From Lingula anatina (Eukaryota; Animalia; Brachiopoda), in the NCBI GenBank assembly GCA_051362555.1, contig CM120640.1, forward strand, positions 3,658,001 through 3,722,000: a stretch of 64,000 bases of DNA. Reading direction: 5' to 3'. This document shows, in pieces, positions 1-13,900 of the stretch; the stretch's first letter is position 1; each line of letters begins with the position of its first letter. Below the pieces are notes generated by a model. The model ran no database searches and was not told where the DNA came from. It saw only the letters and a program-made list of their open reading frames with translations. The position numbers and the translations under genes are program-made.

Positions 1-342
1 CTGCATAGGGTTCAAGTGGCAAAATATTTTAAAACTTGCTCACATCATTTTTTTTTTTCATGTAATAACCTTGGACATATTATGTCCAAGTACTAACTAA
101 TCTTTTGAATTGTGAATTCTAAATATTAAAAAGTTTGATATTTTAAAAACCCTTTTATTTTCATGTTACAAAGTCACTTTTGGGATTTAATTACTAAAAA
201 ACAAAAATCTCACTAAGTCCTTATAAATAAATCAATAAAAAATAAATTTGCTTGACAATTCCATTAACTAAGATGGGACTTAATTTTTGTGTGGTGTAGC
301 ACCTCCACTAATGTTCTGATACCAGTGGTGAAGAAAACTTAC

Positions 343-1046
343 TTTGAAAACTTTGTATTTGTCACTGACACTGTCAAACAGAGTGAAGGCACTATTGATC
401 ACTTGGACAGACTCCATGGCGCTGACATGTGCACATACCTCTGTGAACCCAATAAGGTAGCTGAAGCCTATGGTCACAGAGTCAAACACCTGAAATACAA
501 GGTTTTAAAATGCTCCTTTTTTACATCAGTTTAATCACTTATTCCCCATCATCCATTTAACCACGTATTGCTTCTTCTCCTTCTTTTTCATTTCTTTGAG
601 GAAAAAATAACAAAATTTAAAATTATTTCAAAAGATATTTCACAAATAACACATTTGTTTTTTCTTTTTCATTTTGAGATATGCCCATTTTCCATAAATT
701 ATATAATACTTCACCATATACCTATAGTTTCCCTCACTCACCTCACAAGTGTTGATGGGGTCCTCCCCATTCTTCAGCCGGACAGCTATAGACTTTGGGA
801 TCATAGAGTACAGCAGAGACTCCGACTTCTGTTTCCATTCATCCAATTTCTTCATGTTATCTGTTATGTGTTCCACCTCTTCAACTTGCTGAAAATATTG
901 GAACACTCACTGTCAATATCATGTTTTATTAGGATATAAAATTCATTACCTCTGCCTTTGATTTTAATAGCCTTTCTCAAAAAGTTACAGGTGGATTTTA
1001 AGAAAAATTATACCTGTAAGAGAGGCCAGAAATCAATCAAATCAAC

Positions 1047-1081
<35 letters not shown>

Positions 1082-4000
1082 TAATGAGGAAGGGTGTGCT
1101 CTCTAATTGCTTTTTTAGTTAGTTAAACATTTTCCTGTAAATATTAATGTTTCTTTTGTACATGTTGAACTGCATGATAACTGCATTGCTCAGCGAACAA
1201 AGTGTCTTTTTCATAAAGCTAATCTTTAAAACTTGGAAACAGACAGGAAATGATTTTATAGTGACAGGGAAGTGACAGAGCACACACATTATATAGCAGA
1301 TAGTAAACCACTATGGTGTCAATCAAGTTATAATTTTGTAAGGTAAACCTTCAAACTGACAGTCAATGCCAACGTAATTAAATATCAAGTTTTACTTAGT
1401 CAATAATATTGATTGATGCAGTGTTATTGTAAAATGATTAAAAATGACAATGGGGACAGAGACACAAGTTTGATATGACTTGTTTCTTTATAAATATCTG
1501 AAGGTTTTATTAGTACACATCTTGGTTTGCTATACATTACTGACAATGTGTTCTGCAACCAGAGGTCAGAAAATAAAACTTTACTTTAAAGGGTATGTGT
1601 TCGTATGTACACCCATGTGTGCATGTGTATGTGCGTGCATGTCTACATATGCGTGCATGTGCATGTGTGTGTGTGTGTGTGTGTGTAAAAGAGGGGGCTA
1701 TAATTTTTTGTTAAATTTAATGTTAAAGCCAAAAGGAGTTTTTGATTGTGTATGTTCAGTTTCAGTTAAAATGAAAACCTGTCCAAAAACAGATTACAGA
1801 CACTGTAAGAGTCACATGACATTACCTCAAACTGCATTTTGTCATTTTCAGTCTATTCTTAATGAATACATCTGATTGGTTTCACTCCCTGGCTGTCCTA
1901 GCTTTAGATTCACATGAGAAATCTTGACATACAGGCGGATATTAAGTTTACCAAGAACCACTGGCCATCAACACAACTATTAACACCTGTCAATCAAGGG
2001 TTTGTTGCCCAGGCAACACAATTTTCAGACATGGTCATCAGATGACGTTAACCATATCCACTGAGTAGTTGATACATTATTGAGGTTTAATCATAAGTGA
2101 ACTCAATACTTTTCTTTAAAGCAGCAAATGTTAAATGGCAATGCTGAGACTGAAAAAAATATTTCGAGATAAAACAAATTAGGAACATCCTGTATTTTAA
2201 AACATTTGATAACACTGCTTCATGAAAATGATCAAGTTTTTATTTTTTCTTTTCTTAATTTGCTTTATGTGGCAGCATATACATGGATATAATTTGTTCA
2301 AAATTTTTTATGAATTTTACAAACAAATCAAATTAGCAGTTTAAAGTGCATGAAAAGATCTCACTTCCCTAAATCATAGTTGTTTTGCTATAATTAGGAA
2401 GCTAGGTTACTGATTTCTTAAGAAATATAACCATATACATAAGTCCTGTCTGTTATTGGTGCCACATCTCCAGCGAGGAGGTGAAGGTCACAGCCAGCTT
2501 GATCCAGCTAACAAACAAGAATCATTTAAGTTGCTCTGAAACTTGGGGAATTGGGGAGTTAACCTTGGTCCAAATACCAAGATCAGTTGAATGGATTCCA
2601 GACTAATACAGTCCCTGGGTGCTCACACTTCAGGAACACTAGTTAGATAATTAACACCATTAGCAGTCACAGCATGAAAGAAATCGGTGGAAAATGAAAT
2701 ACAGGACTGTCTGGTGACCTTCAAGCTTTGACATGGATCCAACTTCAAAGTGGTTAAATGGACATGGTGAAGCATAACTTCTAGATCATTAAGTCTCATG
2801 TTAAGCCACAAAGGAGCAGATTGAAAACATCTCCCAGAGGTTTCTCCATTTGCCACAACTGGTCAACAAAGAGGATCAATTTTACGTCATTAAAAAAACA
2901 CTCAAAGGCTTTCAATAATTGTTAGAATCAAACGTCTTTGAGTCAATTACAACGATAATTGAGGAATAACTCCCAAGGATTTTTTCCAGTTCTGTAACAA
3001 CACCTTTCTTAACACTCAAAAATAGAAATATTACAGAGCAAGTGTTAAAGAAAATTTGATGTAAAAAACAGGTATTTTTCAGTCATGCAAAGTGAATGAA
3101 CATTTCATCTTGCAGTAGCATAATAAGCTATCAGCTTTAATTTATCAAATTACACTTCAAATCAAAGGAAGCGTAACAGACTTCATTACCTACTTATACC
3201 AACTTTTTCCACTTCCCCCTTTATGAATTTTGGCGAACCATAAAAAAGCCAGTGTTTAAACAGATTCCACTGGCAATGTATTTTTTCCCAATAAAGGTCA
3301 AAATTGGGTCCAAAAATATAAGAGCAAGATTGAAAACCTTTTGTTTAAAAAAAAAAGTAAAAAACTCTGTGAACGTGAGCTGAGAAATGATGCAAGTACA
3401 GTTAGGGCAAAAACTAATCAGAGATTTGAAGTTTCTTGTTTTATAATATCATTTTCTATTTCCATATCAAAGAGTGGTCTATCTATAATCTTATATCTTG
3501 ACTTTCATTATGTATCTCATCACAGACATCACATTTCATCTATTTGCAAAAACATCACTATATAACCAACTCATGGCTGCATGATGATGCCAACCTTAAA
3601 ATCTTATCTTGCCCAAATTTTAGTACCTAACTGCACACAAAATAAATCCCCTAACACAATACAGGTGTTATCTCACTGAGCAAACTTACTAAATACATTT
3701 TACCACATGCATCTCACCTAAAACATCATATCTCAGCTAACACAGTACACTTACTTTGTATGTCACAACCCAACACATCACTTCTACTGCATCACATCTC
3801 ACCAAACACAATGCAACCAACTCATCACATCTAACACAACTTATCCATTTCATCCTACACATTAACCTACCCTCTCTAAAGCCATTTCTATCTTAGATGC
3901 ATGTTGTGCCCCTGCTATGACCATGTCTCGACTGCTGTCAAACATGTTGAGATCATTGATAAACAGACCCAAACCTTGCATCTCAGTAAGATTGCTAAGC

Positions 4001-7000
4001 CTATGGATGAAAATGTATGCTAACATAAACATTCAATCAAGTCTCAATGCAATGTGCATCAAATAATACATAGATATATCACAAAAATATCTTTATAGCA
4101 TCTTCCTTTTACTGATCATGTGTTAAATCTTTTCAAATCTTGACCAGCTTTTAGTGTTCCATGCATTATATTATCAGTATAAATGTCTGAACTATTTGAC
4201 AACTACAGGTCTGGCAGACCAATCTTTACCATGAAATAACTGACTTTTTTGAGGTCAAAATAATGTTCTGCAGACCTAAGAAAGGTGATATCCCCTGAAG
4301 CAGAAGCACCAAGCACCTGCAGCAGTACTTACATAGGAGAGCAGAGGTAGACCACCTCCTTCCAGTCCTCGATGTACCTCATCTGGCCCTTCAGCAGGAG
4401 ATGTTGCGAGGCCGTCCTGGATGGGCACGTGCACGATGTCGTGTGCTTACAGTGCCTGTGTACAGCATCACGACTCTCCAGCTCAAACACTAACTTCTGG
4501 TCATTTAGTAAGACCTGAAAACATAAGTATTAATTAATACAAGCATTCTATATACACTGTACCTCAAATTTCATACTTTACTGATCACTGGATCAAAAAA
4601 AATGATTGAAAACACATGATGAATGCTCACCTAAATTCTATAAAATCCAAACTTCATTATTACTATAAAGGATTCCAATTCCAACACCCTATATAACATA
4701 TATATATTGTTTACATCACAACAAACACACTACATTGTGGCACTGCTCTGCATGTTATGTCAGCAAAAGACCACAAACAGCTTATTTAAGAAAAACCACA
4801 ATGTCAAAGATTGGATGCTCTGATGGAAATGCGAGAACCAATTTAATGATTTGTAGTGCAGTTACTGTTGATCAGTCATCCTGCCAGTAATATTTTGCAC
4901 TCATTTTGAGTTGTTTTAGATGAATGAGTAGATCTATTACAAATGCAGAGACATTAAAGTTATTCATATAAAAAACAAGACGCATACACAAGTACTGAAG
5001 TTGATTGACTAGTTGACACAACTGTAGTCTAACATTAAAAAGTGATTGGTATAATTTATTTAAAGATTTGATTGATTGAAAATGCTGGATGACTTTAAAG
5101 AATTGGGTTGAGGGGGAAAAAACTGCATCTTTCACACTATGAGAGTCCACTAAAAATTAGACACTTTTATGTTTAAAAACATATTTGCTCATATTGTGGT
5201 TTGTACAAGACTTGACTAAGGCTTCGTTCACATGCAATGTCTATTTTCTAAATTCTATTTTCTATTTGCGGCATGTCTTATGATCACGGTCTGTGCACTG
5301 AATATCCCGCCGCGTAATTACTGGCAGCGCGAGCCAGTTACTATAAGTTACTATAAGTAACTGGCTCGCGCTGCCAGTAATTACGCGGCGGGATATTCAG
5401 TGCACAGACCGTGATCATAAGATAGCGCGAATAGAAAACAGAATTTAGAAAATAGACATTGCATGTGAACGAAGCCTAACATACTTAAGTCTGTAACACC
5501 CAACAAAATAATAACTGTTCCACCCAATACACTCACTTGAAAGGAGATCATTAGAGGTACTTACATTTTCCCAAGAAAATGCCATGATAGGTCTCCTGAG
5601 CTTGAACACACTTGAGACAGGTTGGTCGACCAGACCATCTCCTGGAAACAATTTCTGGAGACATCGTCCTATTTTGGTAACTACCATATCACAGCCAAAC
5701 ACCAGACTAAATGGAAACACCTAAATACACACAGAGGAATGGACAGTAAAAAAAGTATATATTCGATTGACAATAACTTTTTTATTTTAACTCTAGTCCA
5801 GGGGCAGATCCAGGAATATTTGAAGAGGGAAGGGGGGGTCTGCAGATGTGAAGCCGACAATAAACACTATGGTACATTAGAACAAAGAACAGATATAAGA
5901 GCAAACTACACATACAATTTAACTTTACTTTTTTCAACACAGCAATAGCATGTTTCTTGTTCCCCCATCTTCGTATTCATATTTATTTTCTCTTCAAGCT
6001 TTTGGCATCTATAAATTATTATATATTGCCACTTAAAATTTGCCTTTAACCCAAGGGTGTTCTTGATAAGGGCACAGCAGCACATTAATACATTTACTTA
6101 TATATTAGCATCAATTGCTGACATTTTAAACTTTTTCTATTTCACGACCTCTGCTATCGCCTTGACTTTGGGTGAAACAATATGACATGTTGATTCGGCT
6201 CAATAAATCATTTGCATCTATTTGAGCTAAAAACTGCACATTATAAGCCACTTATGCCAAATTGGTGATACTGAGGATTACCCCCTCATAACAAATTGCC
6301 ATTAAGCGTAGGTTTAATGGTAGTATGATCTGGTCCCCTCTGTGTTGAATTAGTCTTATTTTACCAGAGACAACTTTAGTGCAGCACACACCATTATTAT
6401 AAAATAAAATTGCTTTAAATGTTTTGTTATACAGCATGATTGGTAAAAGGATTTGTGGACAGGAAGTAGTCTTTGTAACGAAAAGGAAAATCCTGCCAAA
6501 TTTTTAATATTTTTCATTATTGAAAAGTTTTTCATAGTCCATTAACTGCATCCTTCAGATCAAAAGTTAATTTTAATCTAGTGAGTTTAATGTTGTCCTC
6601 ACCATTTTACATGTGTTTAAGTGTAATGTATTCCAGCCATAAATTGACAATGCACCACACAACTTGCTTTATGTAAACACATAAAACACATATAAAAGCA
6701 ATTCTGATAAAAAAAAAAATAGAGAAAGACCATTCAAAAGACCGGCACCATTAACTGAACAGAACTTAACTCTGTACATTCCCCCATCTTAAACTGAATT
6801 AAGAAAAACACTTGCAGGAACCACAGTATATTGCCCAAAACAAAACAAATTTTCCAGGTATTCTCAACCATGATGATCACTCTATCAAGCTTCAAAACCT
6901 GATTATAATCATATAAATATAAGTTTATAAGACCACTCATTTCTTCACCTGGTCTAAACGAAAAGATGGATTACATGTACTGCTGGCAAATTCACAACAT

Positions 7001-7900
7001 GTTAAAATGGAGTTTTCACTCAGGTATACTGATGTTATTATATGTACAGGATAGAGGAACTACAAATATGCTTTTGGGAAGCACAGAATATAAACATGAA
7101 ATAAGAATATCTAAGGTGCCAAAAAAAACAAAAACAAAAAACCTCACACATTGTCTCTTTAAAGGCACATGTATCAATATAACTAACAGAATATACTTCT
7201 TCAAGTTTTGACACCTTGACATGACTTTTTATCAAATAACTTCCAATCAACTTACCTTGAAAAAAATATCACTCCTCACAAAGGCCAAATCTTTAGGCAA
7301 CTGCCTTATACTGCTGATTGACTTGGCTTCACAATACACGCTGTTCTCAAAATTGAGGCGATACTTTACATGTAGCCCCCTGGGAGAGGTCTTTTTTTCT
7401 GATATTACTTTAACATCAACATCCAAACCGTAAAATTTCTTTCCTATTGCTTGAAGCTGACCGACCACATAGTGAGTGAAACCAAACCTCTTGGTCACAT
7501 AGTTTAATACACACCCTTTTTTATCAATCTGTTCCACACAGAACGAAGGTGTGATGAGTTTTGGGAATCCAAACCTGAGCATCTCGTGTAAGTTATCAAT
7601 GCCATGTAAGAAATCACAGTAGTATCTTCCTGAGACACGGACAATCTTGTCGTAACCATAATGGCTGAAAAATTTTACAAAGCACTTGCCAAAGTATTGC
7701 AAATATTCATCCACTGTTCCGTCTTTCAGAACTTCTGAACATGCACTGGCAATGTTATGCATGCTGTTGTCAGGGTAAACTGTGTGCGTTGAGAAGACTT
7801 CGTTTTTCATCCCAGCATGCTCCAAGACCATCATCCATTTGTCTTCCCCATAGCTGGACTGAATGAAATACTGAATGCTTTCCAGTAGCATACCATACAT
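343..7900 (-). CDS. Atypical soluble guanylate cyclase, beta-like subunit (Gyc-88E/Gyc-89D-like): H-NOX + PAS/HNOBA + coiled coil + start of cyclase domain; 3' end lies beyond the left edge of the window
   Basis: Phase-consistent GT-AG coding exons: 7900-7256, 5720-5565, 4514-4333, 4000-3871, 888-742, 489-343. Motifs seen: N-terminal MYGMLLES, proximal His105 (IDNLH), YxTxR, FPFSLVF, LKGQM..YLCSP, LLYSMIPKSIAVRL, FDSVTIGFSY. An in-frame TAA lies just upstream of ATG 7900, and the ATG-containing exon begins at an acceptor at 7923. Confidence 0.95.
1048..1082. repeat. (TTTA)n microsatellite
   Basis: Direct reading. Confidence 0.9.
1616..1686. repeat. (TG)n / (TGCA)-interrupted microsatellite
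   Basis: Direct reading. Confidence 0.85.
5220..5476. mobile_element. Fold-back MITE, PIF/Harbinger (Tourist)-type, in cyclase intron
   Basis: Near-perfect 257-bp palindrome, GGCTTCGTTCACATGCAATGTCTATTTTCTAAATTCT... / ...AGAATTTAGAAAATAGACATTGCATGTGAACGAAGCC, flanked by TAA TSDs (5217-5219, 5477-5479). Confidence 0.85.
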
Positions 7901-10772
7901 GTCGTTGGTTTGTTAGAACCTATCTGAAACATTGAATAATGTGAGTTTAAGGACAATTATTATATGTTACAAATATCATCAAATATTTACAAGAAAACGA
8001 TGCATATTTCATTTATCTGAAATGATTAATAACATGTAATTATGTGTACTTTACAACTTTTAAGTTCAGTGGCCTTATCAAACCACTTTTTGTAATTCGC
8101 TACAAATATAAGGAAGTTAATTACAAGAAATACAGTAATGGAACTGTGATGGTGTTCATTTAAACAGATTATAAACTTTTTAATTAAGAATCCTTTATGT
8201 CTATGGATCACATTTGCTTTAATTTTTCAATTACCAAGCCCTCTGAAACTATTGCAAATTGACTTCTGCCCATTGGGATCTATGTGCAGCATATTCTGCG
8301 TGTGGCATGAACATCAATGTTATCAAAAAAAGCATTACCAGGAGTTTACAGGCACCGAGAATGAGTTTACATCCTATTATGTAACTTCATCAATTTTTTT
8401 TTCCTGGAGTGATTTTGGACACTTGGGTTGAACATACTTGATAATGGCTTATTGATGTTACGGGTTAAAGAACCTCTGGAGACAAAGTTTGTCAGTGTTA
8501 TTAACCTTGGTGTATCAATGAGAAAGAAAACACACTCCTGAGACTTCAGTTACATCTACCAACCCATTAACTTCTTGATTTCATTTTATCTTATAACATT
8601 CAGTGTGGAAGAAACTATTACCCTTCAAAATGATGTCACAATCAATCAAGTTTCAATTTTTCTGTAAAATACATCTGAGAGATAGGGGATGCCAAGTATA
8701 CTCTAGAGTAGAGTGAAAGCAATACATCTATGGCACTGGTACAAATACTCAATTTACAGTAATGAATGTATGCATTTTTGCCTCCATTATACGCATGTGT
8801 TTCATTCAAAACTTTTAGTGCAAGAAAAGAGGAAAGATCGAGTAAACTTTAATTGTTTTTCTAGATATAATTGATTGGTCCCCAAGGAGCAATTCTAAGT
8901 GGACCATACATAAGTGATGATGGATCTTGATGCTAACAAGGAGTAATATATCTGACAATTATTGCTTTTAAGCAATGAAATACAAATATCAGCTTTAAAA
9001 TGAGACCAGATCATAAATTACAAAGTCTCTAAGCCTACACACTGGAGATCAAGTCTGATGTGTTCATCTAAATTGAAGAGATATAATCAGAGGTGCAGCA
9101 TAATACCCGTTTTACACTATCCTGAAAATAACCAATTTTTAACACCATGCAATGTAATGAGTAATTAGAAACACTTGTGCAAATAGTTTCTAGAGTGTTG
9201 TGCAGGTGCTTTATTTCTTTTTTAAGTCTTAGTTTAATCAAAAAGCTTTTCCCTCCTCCTCTAGTACATTTTCATCTTTTCATGACAAATTAAAACAAAT
9301 AAACTTAACTTCATAACTCCTTTTAAACAAGATTGGTAAACAGGAAAATGACAAAATGTTTTACAAAGATGAACTGCTACTCCAGTGTTTCACTGTTGTT
9401 TGAGAAAATGAAAGGTTACATTGGAAAATAAAATCAAATAGCTACTAGACTATCAGTTACAGTTCTTGTCTATTTTTCAAGTAGTTTTCTCACTCACTCA
9501 GACATAATATTCACAAGAACACGCGTATGTGCATCATTCATACACGCATTTGTACAAGCACACATGCACAAGCATGATAATTGAAAGGAGAGTATATCCT
9601 TATTTACAAAAACAAATTATTTCTAAGTATGAAAGAGAATTAACTTCATTTTACTCAGAAAAGAAAAACTGCCTAGAAACTTACTGAATTTTAGTAGCAA
9701 ACAATTGGAAAAACTAAAACACACCTGTAATCTTATTCCTATGTAAATTACTTAGAGCACAAGCACCAATGTACTTTATCCTTTGAACAGTGCAAATGAC
9801 GCTGTCACAGTTGATCATCTGTGACAAAACTGCCATTTCAAAATGTAGTACAAAATGTAGTACATATAAACCAATCCCAGAGAATCTCCACATCTTTTAG
9901 TCTTTGCTGATTAGAGATGAAAGTTCCATCTTAGACAGAATTCCCCTTAGTTGACACACAATCAGATATAATAATAAATGAAGCCAAGAGAATTAACTAG
10001 GAGAATATTGCACTTTTCGTATATTTTTCTGATTGGGCATAAAAAGGAAAAAAATCAATGAAATAATTCTGTCAAATGAAAATAAAAGATACAAAATTGC
10101 TTTCTCTATCAATCTGAAAAGGAGATTGGCATAGGGAAATTTATACCATATGAAAAATTTCCAGCATTCCAAAGAAATCCTTGAATAATATGATCAAGGA
10201 ATAAATGTATCATAACATTTTGTTAAATTTCACATAATTCACATTTATCAAGATGTAGATATAAATGCTAAAAATAGCACATTTCTATTTCAATTCTATT
10301 TTTAATTTTTGACACATTAAAAACCTGTTTCAATATCAGAAAGGCTACAAATCCAACAAAATTTTTTTTCAGTTTTTAATACACCACGAGTATTTTTATA
10401 GTCTATGTGAACAAAGTTCAGCTTATTAACCTTAGAGAAAGAATAAGACTGGGTAATAAGCTGACTCACCTGAACTGATTGGAAGATAGCTGGTTAAGTG
10501 AATTGTAAAAATTAGCTGCTAAACACTAGTTTATGGTGAACACATTCCCCAGCAAGTCTGTCACTGTTGATAAAGAAATACCCATGTCAGGCCTGTAATC
10601 AGCAATTTTAAAAGGGGGTGTGTGCTCATTTTCTGAGAACATTGACCTTCTTACCGTTATCACCTTAGTTGATCTAACTTGTAAAATGACCTAGAACCTA
10701 GCATTAAACGAGGCTGTCGCCACTGTATAATGTCCTATGAGAACATGAAAAAGTATCGCGAATGCTGTCTAA

Positions 10773-10918
10773 GGGCTCGTTTCCAATGAAACTATCGTTC
10801 TACGAAAATCAATTCAACTCCACAGGAATGCACTGTTTTTCTGTATCCTACTCAATGCTGAAAGTCCCCATTTGGATTGATAAACATAGAATGATAGTTT
10901 TTTATTGGGTATGAGCTC
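10773..10918. mobile_element. MITE family A, internally deleted copy
   Basis: Termini GGGCTCGTTTCCAATGAAACTATCGTTCTAC ... TAGAATGATAGTTTTTTATTGGGTATGAGCTC. Confidence 0.65.
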
Positions 10919-13900
10919 TTATAAAGCAATATGAAAGTGACATGATGAATTCATAAATTAACGGTTCTGCAATGGATTGTAATTTGACAGAACTTGAGAG
11001 AAAATATCCAGAAAAATACTTCTGGATTCTTAAATTTTGTCAGCCTTCACTTGCTTTCTGACCCCACTCTCTTCCATCTCCCCCCCCCCCCTCCCAAATC
11101 TCAGAGACTTTTGGCTACCTTGGATGATTCAGTTTACTTTGGTTCTGTTTGATGAAATGGGTGCCATCTATTGTCCAACGATAATATTCTTGCTCACTAC
11201 TTTTTCTGAACTCTAAACATTGGAAATTGTCAGCAGAAATTCTTATTATTCTCCTAATATATTGACAGTTGATGAAATGTGTGATGACAGTGGCACGCTC
11301 TTTGTTGTAGTTCTAGAGGATTAAATACCTCTGAGACAAAATATCAATTGATCATTTCAGAGAAATGATATTATCAATTGTCAGCTGACAGAAATACATG
11401 TACCTTGTTCTTCATATGCCAAACTTACCATGCAAGTGTTCAGCTGGAAAATCAAAGATGTCCAAGTGATTTAATAAGAGAGTTGAGGAAATCACCATTT
11501 GTATTGCAATCAGCCAGCATAGACCAACTGTTGAAGGAGCATGAATACAGAAACAAATGGCTAAAGATATACATTACTGTACACATTAACTCATAATGAC
11601 TTCACCAGATGGACGACATTCAAGTTAAACTACTTGTTACTTCAGTGATAAATTGCCAGTATTTCAAAATCTTAGGACAGAAGACAAAGCTGGCAGTCCA
11701 CTGCCAGTTAACTTCATTAAAACAAAGCAAAAGGGTATAATACATTTTAACCAGACTGATGAATGGCAGCTCTCGTATTCACCAAGAATATTTTTATATC
11801 ACTTTGTGAAAAAACATTTCTTAGAATCCATGTGATAAATCAAACACAAAGACAGCTGTACAAACTTCAAGCAGTTGTGAAACACATTTTTAGACTTTTT
11901 TTTTTACATACCTGGAATTCAATAATTAAACGAATGTTGAAGTGATTATTTGAATTTGCCATCATGCCTGTTTTCAGAGCATTTCAGAACTTTCTACAGT
12001 TTTAGAGCTTCAATTTATTGTAACATTATATCAGCACTCTTGTCTAAATCTCAACCAGTGCCCTGAGAAATCTATTCTTATACCTTCACTGTGGTTTTGC
12101 CTTGCTCCTATAACTTCATTACCTGATACGAGTCCCAAGAAGTGACCTAAGTCATGAATCCAGTGCTTTCTTGTCCAATGTCCCACGGTGATGCTCAGTC
12201 ATGACAGCAGCCTTCCGTTTTTGTCTTAAATGGTTATAAACGCAATCTTACCGAAAAATTTTAAGCGTCCTGTCACTGAGACTTTTCTTCTTAAAAAGGG
12301 CAGTTGTGACGTGGGCATTCTGGGAAAGGTAATGGCCTGTCAAATCACATCCAAAAGCTTATCAATCCATTTTCTTTAAACCAACATCACAATCATAGAA
12401 ACAAATACACTCTGGAATTGTCTTTCTGACATTTGACTGATTTTGAGAAAAGGGTAAGTTTACATAGAAAGTACTTGCATGACAGAGGGCATACCTAAAG
12501 GTACAATCTGAGAAGAAAATACAGAAAAAAATAATCAGGGTATTTCAGGACTACCTTTTTATCAATAAGTCAAAGACTGTGTTAAGGATGGTAGACAGGG
12601 TACCGTGTTCAGTACTAATAAGAAGCTGCGAGGAGTCAACTTATCTCGTGTTCATCTATAAATACTAAGACTGACAACTTAAATAATATATGGTCTGGTT
12701 ACCAATTAGTGATGACACAGCGTGAAGTTCAACATGCCATTACTCTGATTAAAAACATCTTATCATTCTAAAAAAGCAGTTGCTAAGTTGATATCTTAAT
12801 CAAAGAATAAAACGTTTGAAGATGCAACTCAAACTCATTATTGTGACCTTTTTATTTTTGAGGTTTTAACTACAAAAATAGGCCTCTTAAAACCCAGGAA
12901 CCTATCTGCAGGAAAGTATGAACAGTCACAAAATATCTGATAAATATAATTATAAAAACCTTATTAAGTGTAACCATGTTCAACTTGTTAAATGAACAAT
13001 TTACCATCTTGTTTTAAGAGTAAATATTCATTCTACACCATAATATTATCATCCTGATGATCAAACACCAAGTCTACATAAAATACTGTACATGCTATCA
13101 AATAAATTAATGAATCAATTAATGCTGTTGCAATGGAAATGGTAAGTTTGACCAGGGAATTATGTCTACAATATATTTCCCTGGTTTGACATACCAGAAT
13201 CTGTTAAAATGTAGATGTGGCAGTTTCATCAACAGCAAATATATATATTTATATTTTTATAAAATAAACCACTGCAAATCATTCTTTGCATGTCATTTCA
13301 CGTCTGTATTGAACAGATCCTCAAAACTTGCCACACAGAGGTGAAAGGTGCAGCAATAAAAATGGGTAAAACTGGCCAATAAGTCTCAGGAAAATTCAGA
13401 ACATGGTAATCAGGCAAAGTGTCCTCAATCACGGCCAGAGACTCTTTCTTTGTGACAGGCGTACAGATGACAGACAAAAGCTTTCAGACCAATATTTGCC
13501 TGTTGATGTGATTCTGAAAGCGACAGGACTCTAGTGACACGCCAATTTCCTATTGACAGGACAAGCCACTTTGTTATTGAACCAAGGTTTAATCAGCTTC
13601 CTTTTGCAACAGTGACCCAAACCATTCCTCAGTGCAAGCTGCACGCGCTGAGGCATTCTCTTTTCATTGGATGCAATTGCTGGGTTTTAAATAATTCTAG
13701 CATGTCTAGTCAAATGTTCACTTCCAGTTTGATGACTTTCATGGTTTTCAGTTTAAGGACTAGACTTCCATCTGCACTTAAATACCTAAGTACTTAATTA
13801 CTTTTGTCATTTATCATGATCCAGGGGTTATTCTTCACCCTTTTATTCAATCTTCTATTTAATATATAAAAAGATAAAACTGTCCTCCTGAAATATTCAT

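Noticed and set aside
568-939. 123-aa plus-strand ORF (also 289-534, 5622-5948, 7221-7433)
   Set aside because: Antisense shadows of cyclase exons.
1480-1875. 131-aa Cys-rich ORF
   Set aside because: The Cys/Val richness comes from translating a (TG)n microsatellite.
2440-2870. Possible ancient LINE 3' fragment
   Set aside because: Only faint resemblance to the W.GH and RP.GRP motifs; too decayed to support.
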